A DNA stretch of 64,000 nucleotides, from assembly GCA_013239625.1 (NCBI GenBank), contig MU056000.1, positions 13,343,175 through 13,407,174 on the forward strand. Reading direction: 5' to 3'. The position numbers were made by a program, and so were the translations under genes. Of this stretch, positions 38,591 to 51,126 are shown in pieces. Every line of letters starts with the position of its first letter. Position 1 is the first letter of the stretch. A model generated the notes under the pieces. That model had not been told where the DNA came from and did no database searches. It worked only from the letters and a program-made list of their open reading frames with translations. This DNA comes from Lama guanicoe. Lineage: Eukaryota.

Positions 38591-41500
38591 ATTAAGAAGA
38601 TAAATTTAGATTTTTTTTTATCAAGTAAAAACCTGAAGGCAAAGTAAATGCCAAGGACAGTAATGGTTTTGTTTATAATCAATAGCAATTTTGTCAATGT
38701 CTGGGCCAAATTATAACTCAACTTATTTTATAATTCTTTCAGTTTAGACCTACTGTCATCCAACTTTTATTATCTCATAACTATTGAGATTAAAAAATTC
38801 AAAAAATATGTTTATCCTAGAACAATTCAATATTGATTATATTATCAGTACAGGCAGGTTTATTTAAAATACACGGGAACAAAATATATTATACATATAT
38901 TTTACATAATATTTGATTTTGTTTATGTAGAAAGGATAAAATGCTCCTGTATCCAAAAGCTATTATGCTTTTTAAAGAATTTAAAAGAAAAATAATTTTT
39001 CCATGATGGTCCTTTAACAAGTAAATGTAACAAAGATCTGACATGTTTGCTGACTATTTACCTTGCACAATTATGCTCCGCATCTTAGTGCATTCCCTGA
39101 AGCAGTTTATTTCATCTGGCAACACATGGAAACTTGTTTTCTAGTAAAGCTCTATTTTAGAAGAGTTTTAGACCCACAGATCTAAATAAAAATTGCAAAG
39201 ATGGTAGAAATGTGAACTTTTGAACCATAATTTTTTCTTCTTAGAATGCGGAAATGATGTGATATGATAGACTCTGAAGAAATAGAATCCCACTGAGAAC
39301 CCAGAGTAAATTGGAATGTTTTGCTTTGTGGTTTGAAGATGTAAAAAAGAAATTTTTTAGTTTTCTTTAACTTTTCCTTAGAGAATGTAAGCTGTGTTGT
39401 GATGTCAAATTCATTCTAAATTTAGACACCACAGGCAAGTTGTGAGCTCTAATTAAAACAAAATGAATACACATTTCTTACACATAAATCTTTGATGGCG
39501 GGAAATGTACCTTAATGTTTCTAAAGACTCCTCAGTAGTCAAAATGCCTCTCACTATGATGATGCTACTTTTTGCAGCCACCTAAAATAGTTATCAAAGT
39601 GAATTTGACACACCAAGATCATCTCATACTTGTGTACTGTTTGATAATTGGGTTACTTGGGACCATTTACTCCAAAATTTCCACAGTCTTAAAAAAAATT
39701 TTCTATCAGAAGACATTATGCAAAAACACTTATGCCTAAAAAATATATTTAATTTTCAAAAGTTGTTCAGTGAAACTCTATTAATTCAATAAATTGTATA
39801 TTTAATCTTATTAGCTAAAACATTTTTTTTCTGCTTCTCTTTAACAATGTGACATATTTTAATGTCTTCTGAAAAACTGAGACAAATAAGAAGCTGGAGA
39901 GTTTATACAATAAAGTCACTTTTAAGGAGAGCATTTAAAATGTTAATCTTTTGAAAAAACAAAGGGTCATAAACTTTAACATAACTCTTAATGTTCATAT
40001 TAAATTTATATTATTACCTATATCTAAATATTTTAGTCAATATCCACTGGTTACTGTAAGTTATTAACTTTGGGAATTTATTTTTTCTTGACATTGTATC
40101 TTTTTTTTCCTTCATTCAAAAGAAAAACACTTGTGTCCCATGAGGAAAAAAACATTACCACTCCATTTCTTAGATAAATAAAATAAATTCAGGTCTTTTT
40201 TTTGTCAGTTGAGGCCCATAAGAGGACTCCAGACTCTAAAAATACTGAAAGCATAATCTATAAAAATATCCTAGCGTGTATTTTGTTCTTGTAATAGATT
40301 CACACATGTCACAGGGGAGCAACTCCCTCACTCAGTACTCAATGTTTTTCATATTCTTCTCCTCAATATTATCTTCTAACTCGGAGCGCCTGTGGCTGTA
40401 AACAAGAGGTTCTTTAAAAAATAACAAAAACAGTTCTGGTATCCCCAAGTGTTCGTTTGTTTTTTGGTTGTTTTTGCTAGTCTTCCTGCTTTGCTTTGGA
40501 TGAAATATTTCCTTTGAACTTGGATCGACAAGGAAACACCCCATACAATATAGAAAGGCATCTAAATATCTATTAGTATACTATTACTGTTTTTTCTTTT
40601 TTAATTCACTCTTTCTTTAATAGGGGAGATATGAGTGACTTACACATGATTGGTGATATTGGAAAATGAAAATGCACTAGCGTGGTGCATCTCCCCTCAC
40701 CCCTTTTTATTCCCTAGGATGTCTCAGCCTACAGTGAACGTGTTCTGACCTGCCCTCTGCTGCGTTGTAAAGTTAGCACTAAGTCGCTGCTCCATATGTG
40801 ACTGACTTAGTAAGGCTGTCGTGTACTGGGGATGCAGTGGAAGGAAGCTTGTTGCTAAGCACCAAGCCCAACAACTCCATGAGATGTAAAGCTCACATTT
40901 TGATTTCATTTAGCCTTACTTCTGTTTACCTTGAATGGTTCAAGATTTAGACAGGGGTGCAAGCTATTAACACTCTCCATTGCAAGATATTCTTTAAGGT
41001 CTTTATCAGTTTTATATTTAACCAAATTTAACCAAAAACCTATGGTAAATTACAGAGCTGCTGAACATTATCTCTGTCTTTCTCTCTCTATTTTCTATAT
41101 ATCTACATCAATGATTTGTCAAGAGTTATTATCCAAGATAAATACTTAACAGTTCCTTTTACAATTTTCATAATGTAACTAAATAAAACACCTTTGAGAC
41201 TCTTGAGGGTGTGACTACATAAACATACATGGAGTTAATGTTTCTAGTCCAATTATCAAAGTTAAAAAGTTGATATCAAAAATGGAGTAAAAATAACAAA
41301 ACTTGTAAAGCAACACTCCTTACAAAATATTTTAAAAATATTTTTATTTATATAATTGTGCAGCCTCAAAAACTTAATGGTATACACTAAGCAAAGTATT
41401 TTAAATGCCATTAGTAGTCAGATTTTTTTAAAATTATACATAACTTTAAACAAACAAACAAATACTAATCATGAATATTCATTCCTATGAGATAAATTGC

Positions 41501-43479
41501 ATCTATATAAAAATTGCTTCAAACTGTTTAAAGCTTGCAAAATTCTTTGGGGGATAAATGAATATATGAAGTCAGGTTAAAGATCCTTTGTAATTTCTTA
41601 AAATCACTCAAGCTTTTAAAAATTCTTACTTTAAAAAAATTTTTCCACCAATAGTGTGGCTATTGACTTTTAATATTAGGGTAAATTGAGTTTAAGTAAA
41701 CCCACCTCTACCTAAAACACATATAAATATTGTGTTATTAAATTTTAAAAATTGAGTATCCATGATCCAAATAACAGAGGGAATAACTCATTTATGAGAA
41801 AAATTAAAAAGCAGCATGTTAATAATAATAAGCATTCATTATGTAACTTAATTGGAAATCAGGTACTCAATTCAAACATTGACTTTCATACATTAGTTGA
41901 GTTATTTGGTGAATACAATTTAACCTTTTTAGGTTTCTTCATCTTCTTCCAAATGTGGGGATTGAACTCTCTTAAAATTATCTGTTTCAAATATTTTCTT
42001 TCAGAAAGCACATTTAATTTAAAACCTAAATATATTTAGGGGAAAAAAAGTTGGGTGGATGCATTATCAAATTTATTTCCACTTAAAAACCACTTTTGGA
42101 TTTTATAAAACTTTAACTTGTTCTAGGATAGACTGCAGAACTATCTTCACCTTCTCACTATGGCAAAATTTTTTGTAAATTGAATTGAATAAGTCATTTA
42201 TACGATGGTTGAATCTACCATCCTATTCTACAAAATCTCTTGCTATTAGAGTATCCATTATAAGCATTTTTAAATATATTAGTAAAAACATTTTAGGATG
42301 ATACGTGGATCTGTGAATGAATGAGGAAAATAATAAAGGCATAATAGCCGAGGTAAAGTATAAATGAATACCTTCTGTGCAATCTCAAAAATGTTTTTAT
42401 CGGTATTATTTCACCAGTTCAGATGAGGACCTAGAACTTCCATTCATTTCATGGAGTTTCTGTAACATTGTTTTCTTAGTGGGAATGTTTATGTTCTACA
42501 ATATTTTGGAAATAAAGTTTTATATTCTCTACCCTTATGTAAATGACTCAAACATGTCATATAATTTTATCTCTGAGACATTTTTTGAGTAATGGAATAA
42601 AAACCTCACCATAAAATGAGAGTTAATATATTATAGATTGATAGAAAATCTTGTCTAAAGATACATGGTCCAGTCTTTGTGTAATAATCTTGTAGATTAT
42701 ATCCTGAAGTTAAGTAAAGCAATTCAATTCCACTCTATTATTTCTGAATTGTTGTGGAAACAGGAGAAACAGGTGTTAATGTTGATCACTGCTTAAGAAG
42801 TCACCATCATTCTTTAGTCACAAAATGTGTTTATCTCCACAGGGCAGAAAATGGGGCATTAAAGATAAATCATCATCCTCACGTGAGAAGCAAAATGCCC
42901 ATTTTCCCATTTACAGGACACAGTCAAATGGGTAGATGCAAGTCTCTTCTTTAAAAAGTTTTAGTTTTGAGCCAAAGAGAACAAAGTGTCAAGAGAACAG
43001 CTCTTCAAGGATAAAAGTACAGTTGTCTTTACAGTTAAAACCATACCATAATTTTGTATTTCTTTTTACACAGACGGATCATGAAAAAGCAAAATGGACA
43101 GTTGATTGCCAAAAAGGAAGTGATCATTTTTCAATAATGTCTTTTATGATGCTTAAACTAAGAATTATATTCCCAGTGCTCTAAAATCAACATCATACTT
43201 TACATAATTTAATCTTCAATAATACAATATTAAAATTTTTTGTCTTTCATTGAAAAGCAGATAGCCATTATCATACTTCATGTTTGTTTTCCTTAAGAAA
43301 AAGCTCATGATTTATGATGACTCCTTAAAACTTAGATTTCATAGATCTTACCATACCATCTTACCATCTATGAGAAATACAATTTTTCCCTATTAAAAAT
43401 CTATATAAAGAGACATAGACTGGATAGAACATTAATAGCATTATATAATGTACACTAAGCACATTGTTGATACAAAATC

Positions 43480-43795
43480 TTCCATATGTTTATAGTTATT
43501 TAATCATCATCACCAAAACCTGAAAACCCATAATGTATTTGTACATGTGAACTGATAAACTGTGACACACTTGTCCAATAGAATACTACCTGTCAATCAA
43601 AAGAACAAATTATTTATTCACACAACTATATGGATGCATCTTATATGTCTATGTTAAGTGAAATGAGTCAGACGCCATGGTTCCATATTTATATGCCCCT
43701 CAGCAGAAGGTAAACTGATAAGGATGGAAAACCCATCAGTGCCTGCCACGTGTTGGGGGAGGAGAGAGTTTTCCTAAAAGGAAGGGACACAAGGT
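43480..43795 (+). mobile_element. Old L1MC/ME 3' fragment
   Basis: caatagaatactac, tatggatgcatctta...tgttaagtgaaatgagtcagac, aaacccatcagtgcctgcca. Confidence 0.7.
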
Positions 43796-43880
43796 AATTT
43801 ACATATTGTTCGTGGCTGTTTGGAGCTGCAAAGAAAGAGTTGAGTAGGTGACAGACACTGTATGGTCTACTGAAAAAAAA
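43796..43880. mobile_element. MER58-like hAT-Charlie fragment
   Basis: ttacatattgttcgtggctg...agagttgagtaggtgacagacactgtatggtc. Confidence 0.6.
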
Positions 43881-44457
43881 AAAACGCTACCTTTGTTCTC
43901 ACCTAAATAATGGCAGACATTAGAAGGTAGAGTTCAGGTACTGTTTTCATTGAATGTCAAAATATAATTGTCTACCTGAGTTACGATCAACAACATGCGT
44001 GTTGCCACTTGCTTTATGTATAAATATGTGTTATTTCCATTAAATGGTTCTTTAATGCCAAAGTTCATAAATAAGCACGTGATACCTGCTTTTTTATCAT
44101 GGTGCTTGGCTTCACTCTGACAATTTGAGGCAAATCCATAGTTTTCCTACATTACATTGTTGCAGACCTTCGTCTGAAGTTTTATTTGATCATTTGGAAA
44201 AAATTGAATTTTGGCTACAATCCACTACACTATTCAGCCTGTGTTCCAGAGATTAGGAATGAGATTAAAAGAACAGCAAATGAACAAGAAGCTAAACTCA
44301 TATGCTATGGAAAACAGCACAGAGACAAGTTCCTGAGATCAGTGAGAGGTCGTCAGTCCTGAGCTTGAGGGTGAAAATTCATGTATCTACATGTAAACCA
44401 AAGTAAATTTGAGTCACAGTATTGGAGAATTATGGATTAATAAAGGTGTGTGATAAT

Positions 44458-44870
44458 TGTTGGTTCACAAATGTCCTCAGGAGCATCCTGGATGAAATAG
44501 GAAACAGACCCTATACCTGGAGGGTGGAGATGGAATGAAGAGGCAAGCCACCCCAGATTGGTAAGAGGCAGTTTTAATAAGCAAAGGAACTTACATTTGA
44601 GTTTCATCTTGGGCGGCCACAAGGTGAATAGATTTCTGCATTTACCAGGCAGAATCTTAATGCTTATATAAAAGCCTTAACTGGGTTCAGTCATGGGTAC
44701 CCAGATAGAAATACCACATTCCTATCTCAAGGCTGTACCTGTAGAGCAGCTTCCAGGAGTGGGGAAGACAACAGAAGGCACATTCTAAGAAGGTGAGGAG
44801 CCTCCAATTGCCTGGGTCCAGCTGGAAGTTCGAACCTGTGGTCACATCTTCTTGATGACTTCCACCAACA
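44458..44870 (-). mobile_element. Solo LTR (5-bp TSD, ERVL-class-like)
   Basis: Terminal inverted repeat TGTTGG...CCAACA; perfect TSD ATAAT at 44453-44457 and 44871-44875; minus-strand TATATAA (~44665) upstream of ATTAAA (~44575). Confidence 0.85.
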
Positions 44871-46899
44871 ATAATTTACGGTGTTCTCTCGACACCAGAA
44901 GGAACATAATTATATAAAGGAACATAATTATAGTTGGAAAACATGTAACATGTAATTTCTCGATAAAATCAGAAAATGAGGCATAAACATAACATAAAAT
45001 GGCATGTGCATCCCTGATTAATCATAAATAGTTCTGAATAATCCTCATAAATATTCTCCTTTGTGCATTGTTTTGTACAATTTAAAATAATGCATGAGTA
45101 ACAGAACTTCCCTTAAATTTATCCCAAATAGGGGCAGATTTAATCATACAAGATACTGATCTCATTTTATTTTCCATAGTTTTTAATGGTTTTTGACAGC
45201 CATTATGCTGATGCTTTAAAAAATATTTAATTTAATTTAATATAATCTTAATTATATGAAAATATGTCTGCATATGCATACAAAAACATCCTGTAAAGGA
45301 ATATACCATCATGTTGACAGTAGTTATAATCAAATCACAATATATGATCATATCAGGTGCCCTTAATTTCTCTTTATGATATTTTTCAGTCTTCTAATTC
45401 ATCTGCATTGAAATTACATTACTTTTAAAGCAGGAAAAAAGGAGGGATTGTAACATTGTCAATATTCTGTGAAGGATGTTGGGTCTTTCTATGGCCCATT
45501 CCTACAGTCCAGCCATTTATACACTCTGTTACTAATTTGTAGAAGTATTTCTGGGAATGAAATTGCCATGTAGCTAAATTATGTGATTTTGACAATAAGT
45601 GTTAAAAAATGCTTTTTTGGTTTTGTTTTCTTAAAAAACACAAATTTCACAACAGTACTCTGTGAGGTCAGAATTCCTTCCAACATGTCAGCCATGTATT
45701 GAAAAAAAAAAACAACTAACATTTGGCAGTTTTAGAACATTTTAATGATTCAACTGGGCAGATGGAGGTCATTTGGGACAGATGGTAATAACATACTGTA
45801 TATATCTGATATCTTTCAAAAAGTAGGCATCCTTATGACTTACATCACAAAAACTTGTCCTTTAGTTTATTAAATCCCTTTGTTTTCTGCTTTCATTCCC
45901 ACTTGAACACATTATATGAGATGTGAATGCTATAATCCATTAATGTGATTCCCTTCAGAAATGTCTGTCATGAAGAAGCGCAAATATTCACAGAATGAAA
46001 ATATCCTCATAAAAATGACTTTAGCCCCTCAAGAATGTTACATACTATCAAATAAAAAAAATCATTTTTAAGGTAGGTGGATGTTCAATACTACCTACTC
46101 TCTCCTGAAGATAATTATTTCTACAAGGTAATCTTTTATGAAAGCATCAGTGTTTTGAGAACTTATATTTCATTTTCTAAAATGAATAGTTATTGGCATA
46201 AAATAAGTGTCATTGGATTTAAAGTAGTAAATGCCCTCATGAGTGGATCAAATAATTTATCTGTTAAAATTAGAAGATGAAATTTTTACTCACATTGCTA
46301 ATTATTTATGGTCAAGTACATCAGATGAGATGTATACATGAATTTTGAAACACATACACGTAAAAAGGAGTGTGTGTATGTATCTAAGGTTTATAAGCCT
46401 GTTTTATCTGTCCTTTATATGGATTTAACATAGCACATATGAGCTTGGTTTAATATTATGTAAATAGTATAAATTATGTGAAAATATGTATATATAATTT
46501 TGTAAATATACAATACTTTCAAACTTAATGAAAATGAATTTGTGATGTCATTTGGACTAATAATAGTAGCAAACTTGTAGTGAACAAATCAACTAAAATA
46601 TAAAAAAAAAAAAAAACTACCAGTGTTTCTAAGTGTCTGACAAATGTGTTTAAATGTTTTGACTTTTAATGTTTCCCCAGGGAGAAATTTGTATTGGATA
46701 TTAGGGACCTTGTTTCATCTGTTCTAGCTCTAATATGGGCCAATAACTTTTGTACACAAAAAGTACATTCACTGAATTTAGCATTACTTCTAATGTAATG
46801 TCAAGCTGCACAAGTCTAAAAGTTGACAGGTTGTGAAACTCTTAAAACCTACTTCCAAACATGTGTCTTGTCTCTTTCAACGTTCTCATTGTCTTCTGA

Positions 46900-47064
46900 A
46901 CAGACTGCACTGGATGTTTGGTTTCTCCTAACATGCTCCTAATTTTACAATGTCCAGGGTTTTTTTTTTGTTTTCTTTTGTTTTATTTTTTTGTCAGAGT
47001 TTTGAACAAAGGACTCTGCATTTTCATTTTTCCGTAGGCTTCAAAATATAGGTAGCTGGTCTTG
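46900..47064. mobile_element. MER45A-like hAT-Tip100 fragment
   Basis: ttttgaacaaaggactctgcattttcattttt...gtagctggtcttg resembles the recalled MER45A 3' end. Confidence 0.6.
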
Positions 47065-48939
47065 ATCAGGGTAAAACTTTTATTTCCCTCTTTGCCATTT
47101 TGATTGTGTAAATAAGATTACTTAATCATCTGCTATCATACTTCTTGTTTTATTACCAAAAAACAAAGAATGAGAAGATACGAATGTTTCTGTAATTGTA
47201 TAAAAACTTCAGAGCCAAACAACTTCTGGTATAGAATAAGTTTTGGATAAACTTCATTAATTTTCAGTAACTTACGGGCAGAAAGGGACAGTGTTCAGAG
47301 AAAAGCTTTATTTTATGTTATCTACTCCATTAAAAATAATTAAATGAAAAAAAGTGTTATGAACTCTATTTAATAACTCAGTCAAAACTACATTTTGTAT
47401 TATTCTCATATCCCTGTCATGAACTCATAATAGGAACATAGTCACATTATTTAATGGCACATAAGTCACAGGGCTAATTTAACTTTGGGGAATGGTCTGA
47501 ATAGAAAGAGAAATAAATGGCCAATGCAAGCTATCTTTTCCTCTGAACTAGGGAAGTTGTTCATAAATAGGACCATATATTTCAGAACTTTGGAAAAGGA
47601 TTGTTCTTTATAATTTGTGATTACTGAAATTTCCTACAGGATATTTAGTTGCAGTTCCATATTACATATTAATTTTATATAATTTAAATAGTAATTTACA
47701 TGTCATTATTTTTTATTGTAGATGTTATTCATAAATGTTTGTAATAGAAGCCATTTAAAACAATGTTTATCATAAGGATTTTCTCTGTTATCAGAAATAC
47801 CTGCTTTTTTTTGCAAAACAAGGCAGACTTTTCTTTAAGTCTTGTGGAATTAGTTATATGTGTCTTTAAATGTAAAATAAATAAATCAAGTTTGAAGGAT
47901 ATTTTAAAGTGACTGCTGCTATTTAATGATTTGTATTTATTTTAAAAATTTGTTTAAAGATAATAGTAAAAAAAGAAACAAACTACAGATATGAATAAAG
48001 CTTTTAAAACCTCTTTGATACAATTATAACAATAAATTTAGAATTCAACTGATTTTGGTTGTTGCTTATCAATACAGTGTCTATATAATTTTATAACATT
48101 TGTTCATAACGTTTTTGGACATACAGAAAAAGAAAAAATTTCCAGATTACAGCTGATTAAAATTTCTTTAAGAACAAAAGTTATATTAGCTAGCAAAATG
48201 GCTGTTTATTTTGGTTCAAATAATTTCTTTCCACAAGATAGCAAAATTACATTTTAGAGCAAAGGCTTGCAATGACTTTCACTTATAAATTTGCCACAGT
48301 ACATACATAATTTTAATACAAAATTTCAGATGAAAATGCAGTAAAATAAAATGAATATAATTAAGGTAATCTCACAAATGCCAGATACAAGCACCTATTG
48401 ACTGAAGGAATAAAAACATTCTGACAATCACTGTGATTTCGTTTCAGATGCCAACTTTAAACATCAATTACTTAAAAGGCACATTTTTAAAAGGGTGAAC
48501 AAACAAATGATATTTTCTATTGGTAAAGTGATTGAGTTGCACCAGCAATTTAAAAATCTGTTTCTTTTTGATGGGTGATTTGATATCCTAACTTAAATTA
48601 GATTCCTTACTAAGGAAGTAGGCAGTGGATATTCATTAGCAACCAATGGTTTGATCATAAACTAGCAGTTTTTAATAAGTAAGAAGTTGTATAAATTCTC
48701 TTTGAAACATGAACACAAAGCAGAGATAATATATAAGTACAATTTTTTGAATTATTACAATATGCTTCATAGAACTGTTCTCAGGTTCTGGCATATCGAA
48801 AAACAAAATCATGCATGACTCTGATATGGGCAAAGTTAAAATAAGTCAGAATTATTGTTCATATGAAAATAATAACAAAATATCAAATAAATGAGTGCTT
48901 TATAAAGTGTCATTACATGTTTCATTCTCCCTTATTCAT

Positions 48940-49693
48940 TTTACAGTAGTTATATGGAGATAGAATTCAAGTGTCACAAAATAGCCTCTTATAAAGTGTA
49001 AAATCCAGTGATTTTGACTGTATTTGCAGAATTGTGTACCCATCACCACAATCTAATTACAATATTACAATCACTGTGACAAGAAACCCCAAACCCATTA
49101 GCATTCACTCCCAATTCTCTTCTCCCTCATAGCCCTTGTCAATTGAGTTTACTTGCATCGTTTTGTTTTACCTGTCATGAACACTTTATATAAAGAGAAT
49201 CATGTAGTATTTTGCTTTTTGTATCTGGCTTTATTTTTCCACATAGCCTGATGTTTCCAAGGTACATGCATGTTGTTGCATGTATCAGAACTTTATGCCT
49301 TTTAATTACTAAATAACATTCTATCCTATGGCTAGGCTGTATTTAAGTTTATCAGTTGATTGATGTTTGAATGTCTTCCACAACTGGCTATTGTTAATAA
49401 TGCTTTCTATATGTGCCATTTTCTCAGCATTTTTGTGGGGAAAAAAAGAAAATATTCTTTCTCCCATTATAGTCTCCTGGCATCCTTAACAAAAAGTAAT
49501 TAACTATAAATGTAAGGTTTTATTTTGAGCCTTGCAGGTCTGTTTATGTACATATGTATGTATGTATTTATATGTATATATATGTGCCAGTAACAAAATA
49601 TTTTGATTAGTGTAGGTCTGTAGTAATAAATGAAATCTGGAAGTGGGGGGACCAACCAATTTCTTTTTTCTTTTTCCAAGATTATTTTGACTA
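48940..49693 (-). mobile_element. L1MB-type 3' end plus ORF2 piece
   Basis: aaagtgtaaaatccagtgatttt...cagaattgtgtacccatcaccacaatctaatt, aagaaaccccaaacccattagcattcactccc. Confidence 0.85.
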
Positions 49694-50030
49694 TTGTTTT
49701 GGGCTTCACTGTGCCCTCTGAAAAGGTCTGTTGAAGCCCTAATCCCTACATCACAAGTATAAATGTGACCTTATTTAGAGAGAAGGCTTTGCAGACGCAA
49801 TCAAGTTAAGGTCATATTCTAGGCTGACCCCAGGCCAATAAGACTACTGTCAGTCCAAGAAGAAAAATGTGCAGACACACAGACTCACAGACAGAGGGAA
49901 GGCAGTTATTTTAAAAATGGAGTCAGATTAAAGAGTTATGTTACTATAAGCCAAAGAACATCTGGAGAGACTAGAAGATGAAAGAGGAAGGGAAGAATCA
50001 TCCACTAGAGGTTTCAGAAGGAGACACAGG
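49694..50030 (+). mobile_element. MLT1C-like LTR, 3'-truncated
   Basis: tgttgaagccctaatcc, aatgtgaccttatttaga, taagccaaagaacatctgg, ctagaggtttcaga. Confidence 0.8.
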
Positions 50031-50600
50031 GTATTTGTTTTTATATATCTATTTATTTATTCATTTATTTGCTCATCTGTTCTTCCATGGTGTCATCTTT
50101 TGTGCTAAATGGATAATTTTGTAGAAAATTATTTTTTGTTTCTTATACTGTATTTTAAATAGTATTATTAATGAGTGCCCCGAAGTTTTAATGAACGTCT
50201 TAATATAAAGCAACTTGGTTTGAATTCATAAAAACTAACTCCTATACATACAAATATTTTACTCCAGTAGACCTCCTTTCTCTTCCCTCTCCATTATGCT
50301 AAATAGCTGTGTAAGCTACATTTTTGTAGACAGTGAGTCCATCAACAAGATTTATAATCATTCCTTTACACAGTTGTTTTTAAGTCAAACAGAAGAAAGA
50401 ATTACCAACAAAAATCCACTTATACTGTATTTTATATTCACATATTTGTTTACCATTCCTGACATTCTTTATTGCTTTGTGTGGAAATAAGCTAATATAT
50501 AGTGTCCTTCCAGTTCTGTGTGAACCATTTCCTAAGTATTTCTTGTAGGGAAGGTCTGAGAGCAATAATCACTCTGAGTTTTTGTTTTGTATTTCTTGCC
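50030..50600 (-). mobile_element. Old L1MC/MD remnant
   Basis: tttcttgtagggaaggtctgagagcaataatcactctgagtttttgttt and similar antisense ORF1/inter-ORF motifs. Confidence 0.6.
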
Positions 50601-50628
50601 AACAAATGTTTTTCTATCTATACAAATC

Positions 50629-51126
50629 TGTTTTCAGTTGAATTGTACCCACAAAAATATATGTTGGAGTTCTAACACCACATATTTGTGAAGGTGACTT
50701 ACCCAGAGATAGAATCACTGCTGGTGTAATCAACTTAAGAGGAGATCAGACTGGATTAGGGTAAGCCCTGATCCAATGACTGGTGTCCTTATTAAAAAAA
50801 AAAGAGAGAGAGAAATTTGCACTTTAAGATGCACAGCCACATGGATACGCAAAGGATAAGGTAGAGATTGCAGTGATGTACCCACAAGCTAAAGAACACC
50901 AAGGATTGCTGGCATTTACCAGAAGCCAGCAAGAGGAAAGGAAGCATCCTTGCCTAGAGCCTTTGAAGATAAAGTTTAACACCAACAACACCTTGATTTT
51001 GTGTTTCTAACATCTACATCTATGAGACACTTCTCTAGGTGAAACATATTGTCTCATAGTTCTAGAGGTTAGAAATAAAAAATCAAATGTGGTAACTTGT
51101 TACTGCAGTCCTAAGAAACTAATACA
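50629..51126 (+). mobile_element. Full MLT1C-like solo LTR with internal inverted duplication
   Basis: tgttttcagttgaattgt...atccaatgactggtgtccttat...ctaagaaactaataca; flanks AAATC/AAATA (4 of 5 match). Confidence 0.88.

Noticed and set aside
44899..44932. Tandem duplication aaggaacataattata (period 18)
   Set aside because: Two copies only; ordinary slippage duplication, not an array
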